Positions 28,444-35,648 of a DNA stretch of 64,000 bases are shown here, piece by piece. The stretch lies in contig PASR01000002.1 of assembly GCA_002713365.1 (NCBI GenBank), positions 3,133-67,132 on the forward strand. The letters run 5' to 3'. The notes under the pieces were generated by a model. The model was given only the letters and a program-made list of their open reading frames with translations. It was not told where the DNA came from and did not search any database. The position numbers and the translations under genes were made by a program. Within the stretch, counting starts at the first letter, position 1. Each line of letters opens with the position of its first letter. This DNA is from Rhodospirillaceae bacterium (GTDB lineage Bacteria > Pseudomonadota > Alphaproteobacteria > UBA6615).

Positions 28444-28518
28444 CCAGTATAGGACCGAGCTAATAGGGAGATACGAGCTCGGTCCAGATTTCTCGGGGGG
28501 GCCGGGAAATCTAACTGG
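28444..28518 (-). promoter_or_regulatory. Candidate structured RNA (three-way junction) in the folE 5' leader; unclassified
   Basis: P1 pairs CCAGT 28444-28448 with ACTGG 28514-28518. P2 pairs GGACCGAGCT 28452-28461 with AGCTCGGTCC 28476-28485 (perfect 10 bp, 14-nt loop). P3 pairs AGATTTCTCGG 28486-28496 with CCGGGAAATCT 28502-28512 (11 bp with one T-G/C-A position, 5-nt G/C loop). It is a GC-rich island in an AT-rich spacer, downstream of the folE sigma-E-type promoter. Strand is assigned from context only. Confidence 0.45.
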
Positions 28519-28549
28519 TTAAGACCTCAAGTAGTCTAAACTATTAAAA

Positions 28550-28577
28550 TATACGATAATTAAAATATTCTGGATCA
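28550..28577 (-). promoter_or_regulatory. ECF sigma-E-type promoter (TGATCC-N16-CGTATA) directed toward folE
   Basis: Read on the minus strand, TGATCC is at 28577-28572, followed by a 16-nt spacer and CGTATA at 28555-28550. This predicts a ~140-nt folE leader containing the structured element. Confidence 0.6.
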
Positions 28578-28635
28578 CTGTTAGATAAAACAAATTATTT
28601 TAAGTAGTAAATGTGTTTTATAAATAATCTATAGG

Positions 28636-28663
28636 TGATCTGTAATCATAACTTCTGCGTAAG
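28636..28663 (+). promoter_or_regulatory. ECF sigma-E-type promoter (TGATCT-N16-CGTAAG) directly abutting the SDR start codon
   Basis: TGATCT at 28636-28641, 16-nt spacer, CGTAAG at 28658-28663. The ATG at 28671 lies 13 nt after the C of CGTA, the same spacing as at rpoE. Confidence 0.6.
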
Positions 28664-28670
28664 AAAGGTG

Positions 28671-29480
28671 ATGATGTTATTGAACTCAATAAGATATAGA
28701 AACTTTAAAAATCCAAATGAATCACTTGCATGGATTACAGGGGCAAGTAAGGGTATTGGACGAGCTCTGGCTATTGAATTAGCTTCTAATGGATGGAAAG
28801 TTGCTGCGAGTGGAAGGAACTTAGATGAACTTAATAGCTTACTAAATAAAAATAAAGAGTGTTCTGGTAATATCTATATTTATCCATTTGATACTACTGA
28901 TGAGTCATTAGCCAAAGAAGTCTACACTAGGATTGAGAACGAACACGGACCTATTAGTTTGGCTATACTAAATGCAGGGACCCATAATCCAGTTGATGGC
29001 GAGTCTTTAGAGATAAAAAGCATTAAAAGAGTTATTAACACTAATCTAACGGGAACTGTTAATTGTCTTGTGCCTACTTTAGAAAGTTTCATTGCCAGAA
29101 GGTCAGGACATATAGCGGTTATGACCTCTCTTGCTGGATATCGTGGTTTGCCAACGGCTAGCGCTTATGGGGCTACAAAAGCGGCCTTAATTAATATGTG
29201 TGAGGCTTTACGCGTTGAGGTTGAAAAGTCGGGTGTGGTTATATCCATAATTTCCCCTGGATTCGTTAGAACTACATTAACTGATCGTAATTCTTTTCCT
29301 ATGCCATTTTTGATGGAACCAAAGGAGGCTGCAAAGAGAATTATTCGTGGATTAGAATCACACCGATTTGAAATCGCATTTCCACGCCGTTTTTATTATT
29401 TTATTAAAATATTACGTATCTTACCGTATACACTATTTTTCTTTATAACCCGTCGCCTCATTAATAAGAATAAGGGCTAA
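28671..29480 (+). CDS. Short-chain dehydrogenase/reductase
   Basis: TGASKGIGRALA cofactor motif, NAG, and the YGATKAAL catalytic motif. The track's GTG start at 28635 overlaps the promoter motif, so I prefer ATG 28671 (or 28674). Confidence 0.85.
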   Translation: MMLLNSIRYRNFKNPNESLAWITGASKGIGRALAIELASNGWKVAASGRNLDELNSLLNKNKECSGNIYIYPFDTTDESLAKEVYTRIENEHGPISLAILNAGTHNPVDGESLEIKSIKRVINTNLTGTVNCLVPTLESFIARRSGHIAVMTSLAGYRGLPTASAYGATKAALINMCEALRVEVEKSGVVISIISPGFVRTTLTDRNSFPMPFLMEPKEAAKRIIRGLESHRFEIAFPRRFYYFIKILRILPYTLFFFITRRLINKNKG

Positions 29481-30718
29481 TTTTTTTCTAAACGATATTG
29501 TCCTACTGATATTGTCCCTGATAAGAATCCTGCTTCACAGTAACTTAAATAATAAGTCCATAAACGGTTGAACTTTTGGTCAAATCCTTGCTGCTCTATA
29601 TATGGCCAAGCCGTTAAAAACCTCTCTCGCCATTCTTTGAGCGTGAGGGCATATGATGAAGCAAAACTATTTTTTAAAGCAATATTAAGGCCTGAATTTA
29701 CTGTTGCTTGCGTAATTGCCTCTTCAGATGGAAGCATCCCTCCTGGGAAGACCCTTAATTGTATAAAATCAGGGTTACTTCGATATTTATCTAACCTTGA
29801 GTTGTCAATTGTTATAACCTGTAGTCCTGCTGTTCCGCCCTGGACAAGGTTTTGTCTTATATTTGTGAAGTATTTTTCCCAATAAAACTCACCAACCGCT
29901 TCAAACATTTCTATTGATACTATTCGATCGTAGGTATCTTTAATATCACGATAGTCTTTTACTAGAATATCGATATATTCAGTTAATTTTTCTTTTGACA
30001 CCCAAGATTTTGCCCATTCTGCTTGTCTCCTAGATAATGTTAAGGCCGTAACTCGGCAGCCAAAGTTTTTTGCTGCGTATATGGAAAATCCTCCCCAGCC
30101 ACACCCTATTTCTAAAATATTATCTCCATGATTAATACCAGTAATTTCGGCTATTTGTTTGTATTTTTCGTTTTGAGATTCGGCTAATGTGGTATGAGTA
30201 TTGTTAAATATGCCCGAAGAGTAAGTCATAGAATTATCTAGCCAAGCTTGATAGAATTCATTGCCTAGGTCGTAATGATTCGCAATATTACGTTTGCTGC
30301 CTGCGTAAGTGTTTGCATTAAGTGCATGTTTAAGCTTATTTAGTAGAAGTGAGGGTTGATATTTAGTCCATGGTGATAAAAGTGCTGCTTCATTTGCAAT
30401 TCCTAGAGAGATAACTTTAGTAAGGTCAGGTGTCTCCCAATCTCCATCAATATATGAATCTGCAAACCCAATGGCCCCGCCAAATAAACATCTACGAACA
30501 AACCTTGAATTATTAACAACTATACTTGCTTTTATACCGGAGACATTGCCTTTATTTGACCATTTAGTTCCATCTGGCCATAATATTTCAAGTTCTCCCG
30601 AATGAATATATTTTGTCCATTTCTTAAAAATATATTTATTAAGCCTAGATCTATTTTTCTTTTGTAATGTTTTATTAGATAAATCCCTATTTGGAACTGT
30701 TTGCGTAAAATTACTCAT
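29477..30718 (-). CDS. Cyclopropane-fatty-acyl-phospholipid synthase family SAM-dependent methyltransferase
   Basis: 413 aa. HYDLGNEFY, ILEIGCGWGGF (SAM motif I), IVSIEMFEAVG and YLSYCEAGF are hallmark CFA/mycolic acid synthase motifs. Its 3' end overlaps the convergent SDR gene by 4 nt. Confidence 0.9.
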   Translation of the reverse strand: MSNFTQTVPNRDLSNKTLQKKNRSRLNKYIFKKWTKYIHSGELEILWPDGTKWSNKGNVSGIKASIVVNNSRFVRRCLFGGAIGFADSYIDGDWETPDLTKVISLGIANEAALLSPWTKYQPSLLLNKLKHALNANTYAGSKRNIANHYDLGNEFYQAWLDNSMTYSSGIFNNTHTTLAESQNEKYKQIAEITGINHGDNILEIGCGWGGFSIYAAKNFGCRVTALTLSRRQAEWAKSWVSKEKLTEYIDILVKDYRDIKDTYDRIVSIEMFEAVGEFYWEKYFTNIRQNLVQGGTAGLQVITIDNSRLDKYRSNPDFIQLRVFPGGMLPSEEAITQATVNSGLNIALKNSFASSYALTLKEWRERFLTAWPYIEQQGFDQKFNRLWTYYLSYCEAGFLSGTISVGQYRLEKN

Positions 30719-31517
30719 TGGTAAAACCAGAACGCGGACTGACTATAGATATCGATGCAGAATCTGCTGGCTGATGCTGAAAAACTGGTATGCGTTTACG
30801 CCATAAATTAAAAGCCTCCCAATAGATTCCAGCTATCACTTTAACGGTCATAAATGGATAGCGTATTAGAGCTAGTGTAAGAAATATATTTGTTAAAGAT
30901 TTAGCTTTACCTCTAAAAATTGCAACTAAAAGCGAGCCCTCTATATCCGCTTCTTCCATAGTAATGCTCAATCCTTTGTCTGGAGGAACTATTGTCATAT
31001 TGTATATGCAATCCATTGAAACGAACGGTGAAACATAAAACACTTTATCAAAACTATGCTTTAGAGTTGCTAACCTATTATCACCAATGGGCACTACGTA
31101 CGTATGTGACTCACCGAAAGTATTATTTACTTCATATAGAATTGCATTCAGACAATCGTGTTTATTATAGCAAAAATATATACTGACAGGGTTAAACACG
31201 TAGCCAAGCATCCGTGGTAAACACATTAGCATCACTCTTCCATCTTCTATATCTATATCTGCCTTTTTCAGGGTCTTAAAAACCCACGATAATAATGAGG
31301 TGCCATCTCGAGGGCCATGATCAACATCATAAAATGAAAATACTCCTGGGCGATTGTATGAGAATAATTTTAACTTTTTATCCAATATTTCTAGGTCCCC
31401 TAGATTTAGAAGAAGATAGAACACTCTATACTTTAAAAGGTGTTTTTTTGGGCGATGTCTTAAATGGCTAACAAAGCCACTATATGCCATTGATGTGGAC
31501 ATTGGTTTATATTCCAA
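30711..31517 (-). CDS. DUF1365 family protein
   Basis: 268 aa. GFVSHLRHRPKKHLLKYRVFYLLLNLGDLE...FSFYDVDHG matches the DUF1365 N-terminal pattern as I recall it. It sits between FAD oxidoreductase and CFA synthase genes, which is this family's usual context. It overlaps the downstream gene by 8 nt. Confidence 0.75.
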   Translation of the reverse strand: MEYKPMSTSMAYSGFVSHLRHRPKKHLLKYRVFYLLLNLGDLEILDKKLKLFSYNRPGVFSFYDVDHGPRDGTSLLSWVFKTLKKADIDIEDGRVMLMCLPRMLGYVFNPVSIYFCYNKHDCLNAILYEVNNTFGESHTYVVPIGDNRLATLKHSFDKVFYVSPFVSMDCIYNMTIVPPDKGLSITMEEADIEGSLLVAIFRGKAKSLTNIFLTLALIRYPFMTVKVIAGIYWEAFNLWRKRIPVFQHQPADSASISIVSPRSGFTNE

Positions 31518-31537
31518 TTAGTTGGTATTTTTTATAT

Positions 31538-32860
31538 TTAAAGATTATCATTACTAGCGATTAACCGGTCATTTTGTCTAGGAAGGGACCAAGGTCTTTT
31601 TACCTTTCCTAGTTTTTCTGCAACCCATAAACCTGATTGTAACGCATCTTCATGGAATCCATAACCAAAATAACTTCCGCAAAACCAAGTTTTATTTTTA
31701 CCTTGAATATGACTTAGTTGTCTTTGGCCCTTGATTGCCTCAGTATCAAACAAAGGGTGATGGTATTTTATAGAAAGATATGTCTTTGATGGTGATGGGG
31801 GAGTGTTAGGATTAAGGGTTAGAAATAAATTTTTGGGATAACTAAGGTTTTGTAAATTACTAACCCAATAAGTTACTTGCGGAGATATGTTATCACTATC
31901 CTCGTTATTTATGTAGTTCCAGCTTGCCCAGACACGTTTACGTTTAGGCATAAATGTAGAGTCTTTATGTAGGAAAGCTGAATTGGAAGTATATGAGAAT
32001 CTGCTAAGAATCTGATGTTCTGTTTTAGTTGGATTATAAATTAATTTTAGTGCTTCATCAGCATGTAAGGCCAATATTACTTCATCGAATAAATTTCGGT
32101 TTCCCTTGTCATCTATAACCTCAACATTGTCTTGATGTCTTATTATTTGCTTAACATTAACATTACAAAAAATTTTATCAGTAAAATCAGCCGTTAAACG
32201 ATCTATATAATTGCGACTACCACCAGTTACTGTTCTCCAGGATGAACGCTTTCCTAGTTTAAGTAGGTTATGACTTTCAAAAAAACGTATGAATGATTCC
32301 GCTGGATAATTATTGATATCCATACTTGGTGAAGACCATATAGCAGCCCCCATAGGTAGAATATGGTCAACTATGAAACTATAACTATAATTTTCCTTAT
32401 CAAGGTAATCACGTAAAGTTAAACCTCTAAGATTTCCTGTTCGCAAGTCAATAGGCGCTTTTTTATAAAATCTTTTAACATCGAAAAGCATTTTCCAGAA
32501 CATCGGCCGCAGTAAATTAATTTTTTGTCCAAATAAACCTATTGGAAACTTGCTGGAATATTCAAAGTTGCCTGCTCTTGAAGATATTGCAAAAGACATG
32601 TCGCTAGTTTGTGTTTGTATATTTAAATAATCAAAAAGGGCTACTAAATTAGGATAATTAAAATCATTGTAGACAATGAAACCTATATCGGCGTTTATGT
32701 TTGAGGTACCAATATTTAGTGAAACGGTATTTGCGTGTCCTCCAATTTTATTCGCCCTTTCAAAAACACTTAGACTAAAACTTTGGTTCAATAACCAAGC
32801 TGCAGATAATCCGGCAATTCCTCCCCCAATAACTGCAATTTTTTGTGATTTATTGTCCAA
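31538..32860 (-). CDS. FAD/NAD(P)-binding amine-oxidase/desaturase-like oxidoreductase
   Basis: 440 aa. N-terminal KIAVIGGGIAGLSAA dinucleotide-binding motif and a flavin amine-oxidase/phytoene-desaturase-like layout. It starts at TTG (32860), with AGGA 12 nt upstream. Confidence 0.85.
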   Translation of the reverse strand: MDNKSQKIAVIGGGIAGLSAAWLLNQSFSLSVFERANKIGGHANTVSLNIGTSNINADIGFIVYNDFNYPNLVALFDYLNIQTQTSDMSFAISSRAGNFEYSSKFPIGLFGQKINLLRPMFWKMLFDVKRFYKKAPIDLRTGNLRGLTLRDYLDKENYSYSFIVDHILPMGAAIWSSPSMDINNYPAESFIRFFESHNLLKLGKRSSWRTVTGGSRNYIDRLTADFTDKIFCNVNVKQIIRHQDNVEVIDDKGNRNLFDEVILALHADEALKLIYNPTKTEHQILSRFSYTSNSAFLHKDSTFMPKRKRVWASWNYINNEDSDNISPQVTYWVSNLQNLSYPKNLFLTLNPNTPPSPSKTYLSIKYHHPLFDTEAIKGQRQLSHIQGKNKTWFCGSYFGYGFHEDALQSGLWVAEKLGKVKRPWSLPRQNDRLIASNDNL

Positions 32861-32895
32861 TTGTATATATCCTAGTTAAATATATGGTGTATACA

Positions 32896-32923
32896 CTTAC
32901 GAACATCATTACTACGCAGATCA
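32896..32923 (-). promoter_or_regulatory. ECF sigma-E-type promoter (TGATCT-N16-CGTAAG) for the FAD oxidoreductase-DUF1365-CFA synthase operon
   Basis: Read on the minus strand, TGATCT is at 32923-32918, followed by a 16-nt spacer and CGTAAG at 32901-32896. The C of CGTA lies 41 nt upstream of the TTG start at 32860. Confidence 0.65.
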
Positions 32924-32959
32924 CTATTTAACATAGAGTATAAAAAAAACGTTTAATAT

Positions 32960-32987
32960 AGATCCATTATCTGAGAGCCTACGTATA
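32960..32987 (+). promoter_or_regulatory. ECF sigma-E-type autoregulatory promoter (AGATCC-N16-CGTATA) for rpoE-chrR
   Basis: AGATCC at 32960-32965, 16-nt spacer, CGTATA at 32982-32987. The ATG at 32995 lies 13 nt after the C of CGTA. It is back to back with the promoter at 32923-32896. Confidence 0.65.
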
Positions 32988-32994
32988 AGTATGT

Positions 32995-33669
32995 ATGTTG
33001 CAGATTATGACCAGGCCAGAATTAAGTATAAACCCATATATAGGGTCCGATTTATTAAAATCGTTAACAAGTCTTTGGATTAATCAAGCTTTGCAAAAAC
33101 CAATACAAAACAAACAACCTACAGATCCAATTGACTGGTCAAATGTTTTAGGCAGGGTTGCTGATGTTGGAGATGTAGAAGCTTTTAAGAGCATATTCGA
33201 ATATTTTGCTCCTAGGGTGAAAGCCTATATTATGCGTTTAGATTGTGACAGCTTGGTTGCTGAGGAACTAACGCAGGAGGTTATGTCAATTGTTTGGCGC
33301 AAAGCCAAGCAATATGACTCATCTAAAGCTGCAGCATCTACATGGATATTCACGATTGCCAGAAATCTCAGAATAGATACATTCCGAAAAGAAAAACGCC
33401 CAGATCTTGACCCATATGATCCCTCTTTGGCGCCTGATCCAGATATTTCTTCGGAAGATGTAGTGTTCGCTAAACAAAAAGCAGCACGCCTTAATACAGA
33501 AATTAAAAAGCTGCCCAGTGAACAAAGGCAAGTACTACATATGTCATTTTATGACGATATTAGTCATGCTGAGATTGCTAATCAGCTTAACTTGCCCCTT
33601 GGAACAGTAAAATCCAGAATAAGGTTAGCCTTTCAACGTATAAAAAATTCTCTTGGAGAAGAATTGTGA
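32995..33669 (+). CDS. rpoE: ECF-type RNA polymerase sigma factor (RpoE of the ChrR-partnered group)
   Basis: Region 2 (FEYFAPRVKAYIMRL...ELTQEVMSIVWRKA...STWIFTIARNLRIDTFRKEKRP) and region 4 (QRQVLHMSFYDDISHAEIANQLNLPLGTVKSRIRLA) closely parallel R. sphaeroides RpoE. Its stop overlaps the chrR start (GTGA). Confidence 0.9.
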   Translation: MLQIMTRPELSINPYIGSDLLKSLTSLWINQALQKPIQNKQPTDPIDWSNVLGRVADVGDVEAFKSIFEYFAPRVKAYIMRLDCDSLVAEELTQEVMSIVWRKAKQYDSSKAAASTWIFTIARNLRIDTFRKEKRPDLDPYDPSLAPDPDISSEDVVFAKQKAARLNTEIKKLPSEQRQVLHMSFYDDISHAEIANQLNLPLGTVKSRIRLAFQRIKNSLGEEL

Positions 33670-34322
33670 TTATTAACCACCACCCACCGGAAGACTTATT
33701 ATTTGCATACTCTGCAGGAGATCTCGCAGAGGCATGGTCATTGATGATAGCCACACACGTATCACTGTGTTCGAGCTGTAGACATCAAATGTTCGATGCA
33801 GAGGCTATAGGTGGCTCTTTAATAGAAAATATAACGCCAGAATTATTAGAAAATGATATTTATGAAAAAACGCTGGCAATTGTAAAAAATGAAGAGCAAT
33901 TAGCTAAACCTGAACTTTTAAGTCAAAGTGATTATTCTGATGTTCTGCCTTATCCTCTGCTTCAGTACACTCGAGCTGATATAGATGATTTGCCTTGGAA
34001 AAGGTTAGGGAAAGATGCATTTCATATACCTCTTGTTAAAGGACGCAATGGAGAACTAGCCCGACTTCTTAGAATACAAGAAGGTAAAGCAGTGCCTGAA
34101 CATGGTCATAACGGAACAGAGCTGACAATGGTTTTGTCGGGAAGTTTTTCAGATGAAAATGGACAGTTTGTAAGAGGTGATGTTGAAACAGCTGATATAG
34201 ATGTTATCCATCAGCCTAGTGCTGATGCTGGTGAGGACTGTATCTGTTTAGTTGTAACAGATGCTCCTCTCGAGTTTACCTCTCCACTAGCTCGTTTATT
34301 TCAACGTTTTGTTAATATATAG
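33666..34322 (+). CDS. chrR: Anti-sigma-E factor ChrR (zinc-binding anti-sigma domain + C-terminal cupin)
   Basis: N-terminus HHPPEDLLFAYSAGDLAEAWSLMIATHVSLCSSC carries the H-x3-C-x2-C ZAS motif. The C-terminal cupin shows EHGHNGTELTMVLSGSF. Translationally coupled to rpoE. Confidence 0.9.
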   Translation: MIINHHPPEDLLFAYSAGDLAEAWSLMIATHVSLCSSCRHQMFDAEAIGGSLIENITPELLENDIYEKTLAIVKNEEQLAKPELLSQSDYSDVLPYPLLQYTRADIDDLPWKRLGKDAFHIPLVKGRNGELARLLRIQEGKAVPEHGHNGTELTMVLSGSFSDENGQFVRGDVETADIDVIHQPSADAGEDCICLVVTDAPLEFTSPLARLFQRFVNI

Positions 34323-34393
34323 AAATATTAGTCAACTTATTAAAGTATCGTCCTTTTATTGATCAATGTAATTATTGAATACTTAATAAAAGT

Positions 34394-35551
34394 TTATTTA
34401 TATTGGCCTAATTCAGCTCGTCTCATTACAGCCCATTTATATTGTTCAGGCCATAAGCTAAAGGCATCAGTAATATTTAATTTTTCAGCAGCATGCAGGG
34501 CCCAAAAGGGGTTATGCATAAGTTCTCTTCCCAAGGCAATTAGATCTGCGCAGTTATTATTCAAAATGTCTTCTGCTTGTTTAGGATAAACAATTCGGCC
34601 AACTGCCATAGTCATAATATCAGCGTCAGATTTTATGTTCTCCGCATAAGGCACCTGAAATCCAAGTGGTCGGTCGCCAGCTGAGTTTATAGGACTACCG
34701 TCATCTTTCGATCTAAAAGCTGGAGCTCCGGTAATGCCGCCTGCTGAACAATCAATAACATCAACACCTCTTGTCTTTAATTCTTTTGAAAGGGTTATTG
34801 AGTCAGTTATCTCCCAACCCTGATTATCTACAGCAGACATCCTAAAAAATAATGGAAAATCTCTAGGCCACGATTTGCGAACAGCTTCTGTAACTTCTAA
34901 TGCAAAACGCATTCTATTTTGTAGATTTCCTCCATACTCATCTTTTCTGTTATTGGTCATAGAAGAAAGAAAGCTATGAATTAGATATCCGTGTGCTCCA
35001 TGTATTTCTAATACTTTAAAACCTGCATTGGCAGCTCGTACAGAACTATCTGCAAAAGCAGTTATTATTCTTTTAATCTCATTTTTACTAAGTTCTTGGG
35101 GTGTTTGCCATCCTTCAGCCAATCTAATTTCTGAGGGGGCAACAGTTTTCCATCCCACATGCTTATTACTCTCATCTATTGTTTTTATTGGTATTCCTCC
35201 TTCCCAGGGAGGAGCTGCTGATCCTTTGCGTCCAGCGTGGGCAAGTTGGATGCCGGCAACAGATCCCATGGAATTAATAAATTCTGTTATTGGTTTAAGA
35301 GTTTCAGCTTGTTCATCAGTCCATATACCTAGACAACCAGGAGTAATTCTACCTCGTGATTCAACCGCAGTTGCTTCAGTAAAAACTAGGCCAACTCCTC
35401 CGCGAGCGAAGGTACTAAGGTGGGCGAATTGCCAGCTTGAGGCTACACCATTATTTGCTGAATACATACATAGAGGTGATAACACAATTCTATTACGTAA
35501 TAATACGTTGCGTATTTTTAGAGGGGAGAATAATTTTATTTTATTGCTCAT
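34394..35551 (-). CDS. NADH:flavin oxidoreductase, Old Yellow Enzyme family
   Basis: 385 aa. LRNRIVLSPLCMY, EIHGAHGYLIHSFLS and ADLIALGRE are canonical OYE/NemA-NamA motifs. Confidence 0.9.
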   Translation of the reverse strand: MSNKIKLFSPLKIRNVLLRNRIVLSPLCMYSANNGVASSWQFAHLSTFARGGVGLVFTEATAVESRGRITPGCLGIWTDEQAETLKPITEFINSMGSVAGIQLAHAGRKGSAAPPWEGGIPIKTIDESNKHVGWKTVAPSEIRLAEGWQTPQELSKNEIKRIITAFADSSVRAANAGFKVLEIHGAHGYLIHSFLSSMTNNRKDEYGGNLQNRMRFALEVTEAVRKSWPRDFPLFFRMSAVDNQGWEITDSITLSKELKTRGVDVIDCSAGGITGAPAFRSKDDGSPINSAGDRPLGFQVPYAENIKSDADIMTMAVGRIVYPKQAEDILNNNCADLIALGRELMHNPFWALHAAEKLNITDAFSLWPEQYKWAVMRRAELGQYK

Positions 35552-35648
35552 TATTTTTTTCTTTTCAGCTCTTCCATTAAATTATTTTTATAATTAAGAA
35601 CATATAATTAATCGTAAGTTATACAATAGTATTTTATGGAGACTTAAA

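Noticed and set aside
28441-28520. The GC-rich element interpreted as a tRNA, an SRP/4.5S RNA, or the known THF-II (folE motif), ZTP or purine riboswitches.
   Set aside because: It has only three helices and no T-loop (GTTCGAATC-like), so it is not a tRNA. It has no SRP domain IV motif. I recall THF-II as a single hairpin and ZTP as needing a CCGCCUGGGC-like 3' element, which is absent. Purine riboswitch helices and loops are shorter. It is left unclassified rather than force-fitted.
28635-28670. The GTG start at 28635 for the SDR gene.
   Set aside because: These 12 codons coincide with the TGATCT-N16-CGTAAG promoter motif. They would also place the Rossmann motif unusually far from the N-terminus, so ATG 28671/28674 is preferred.
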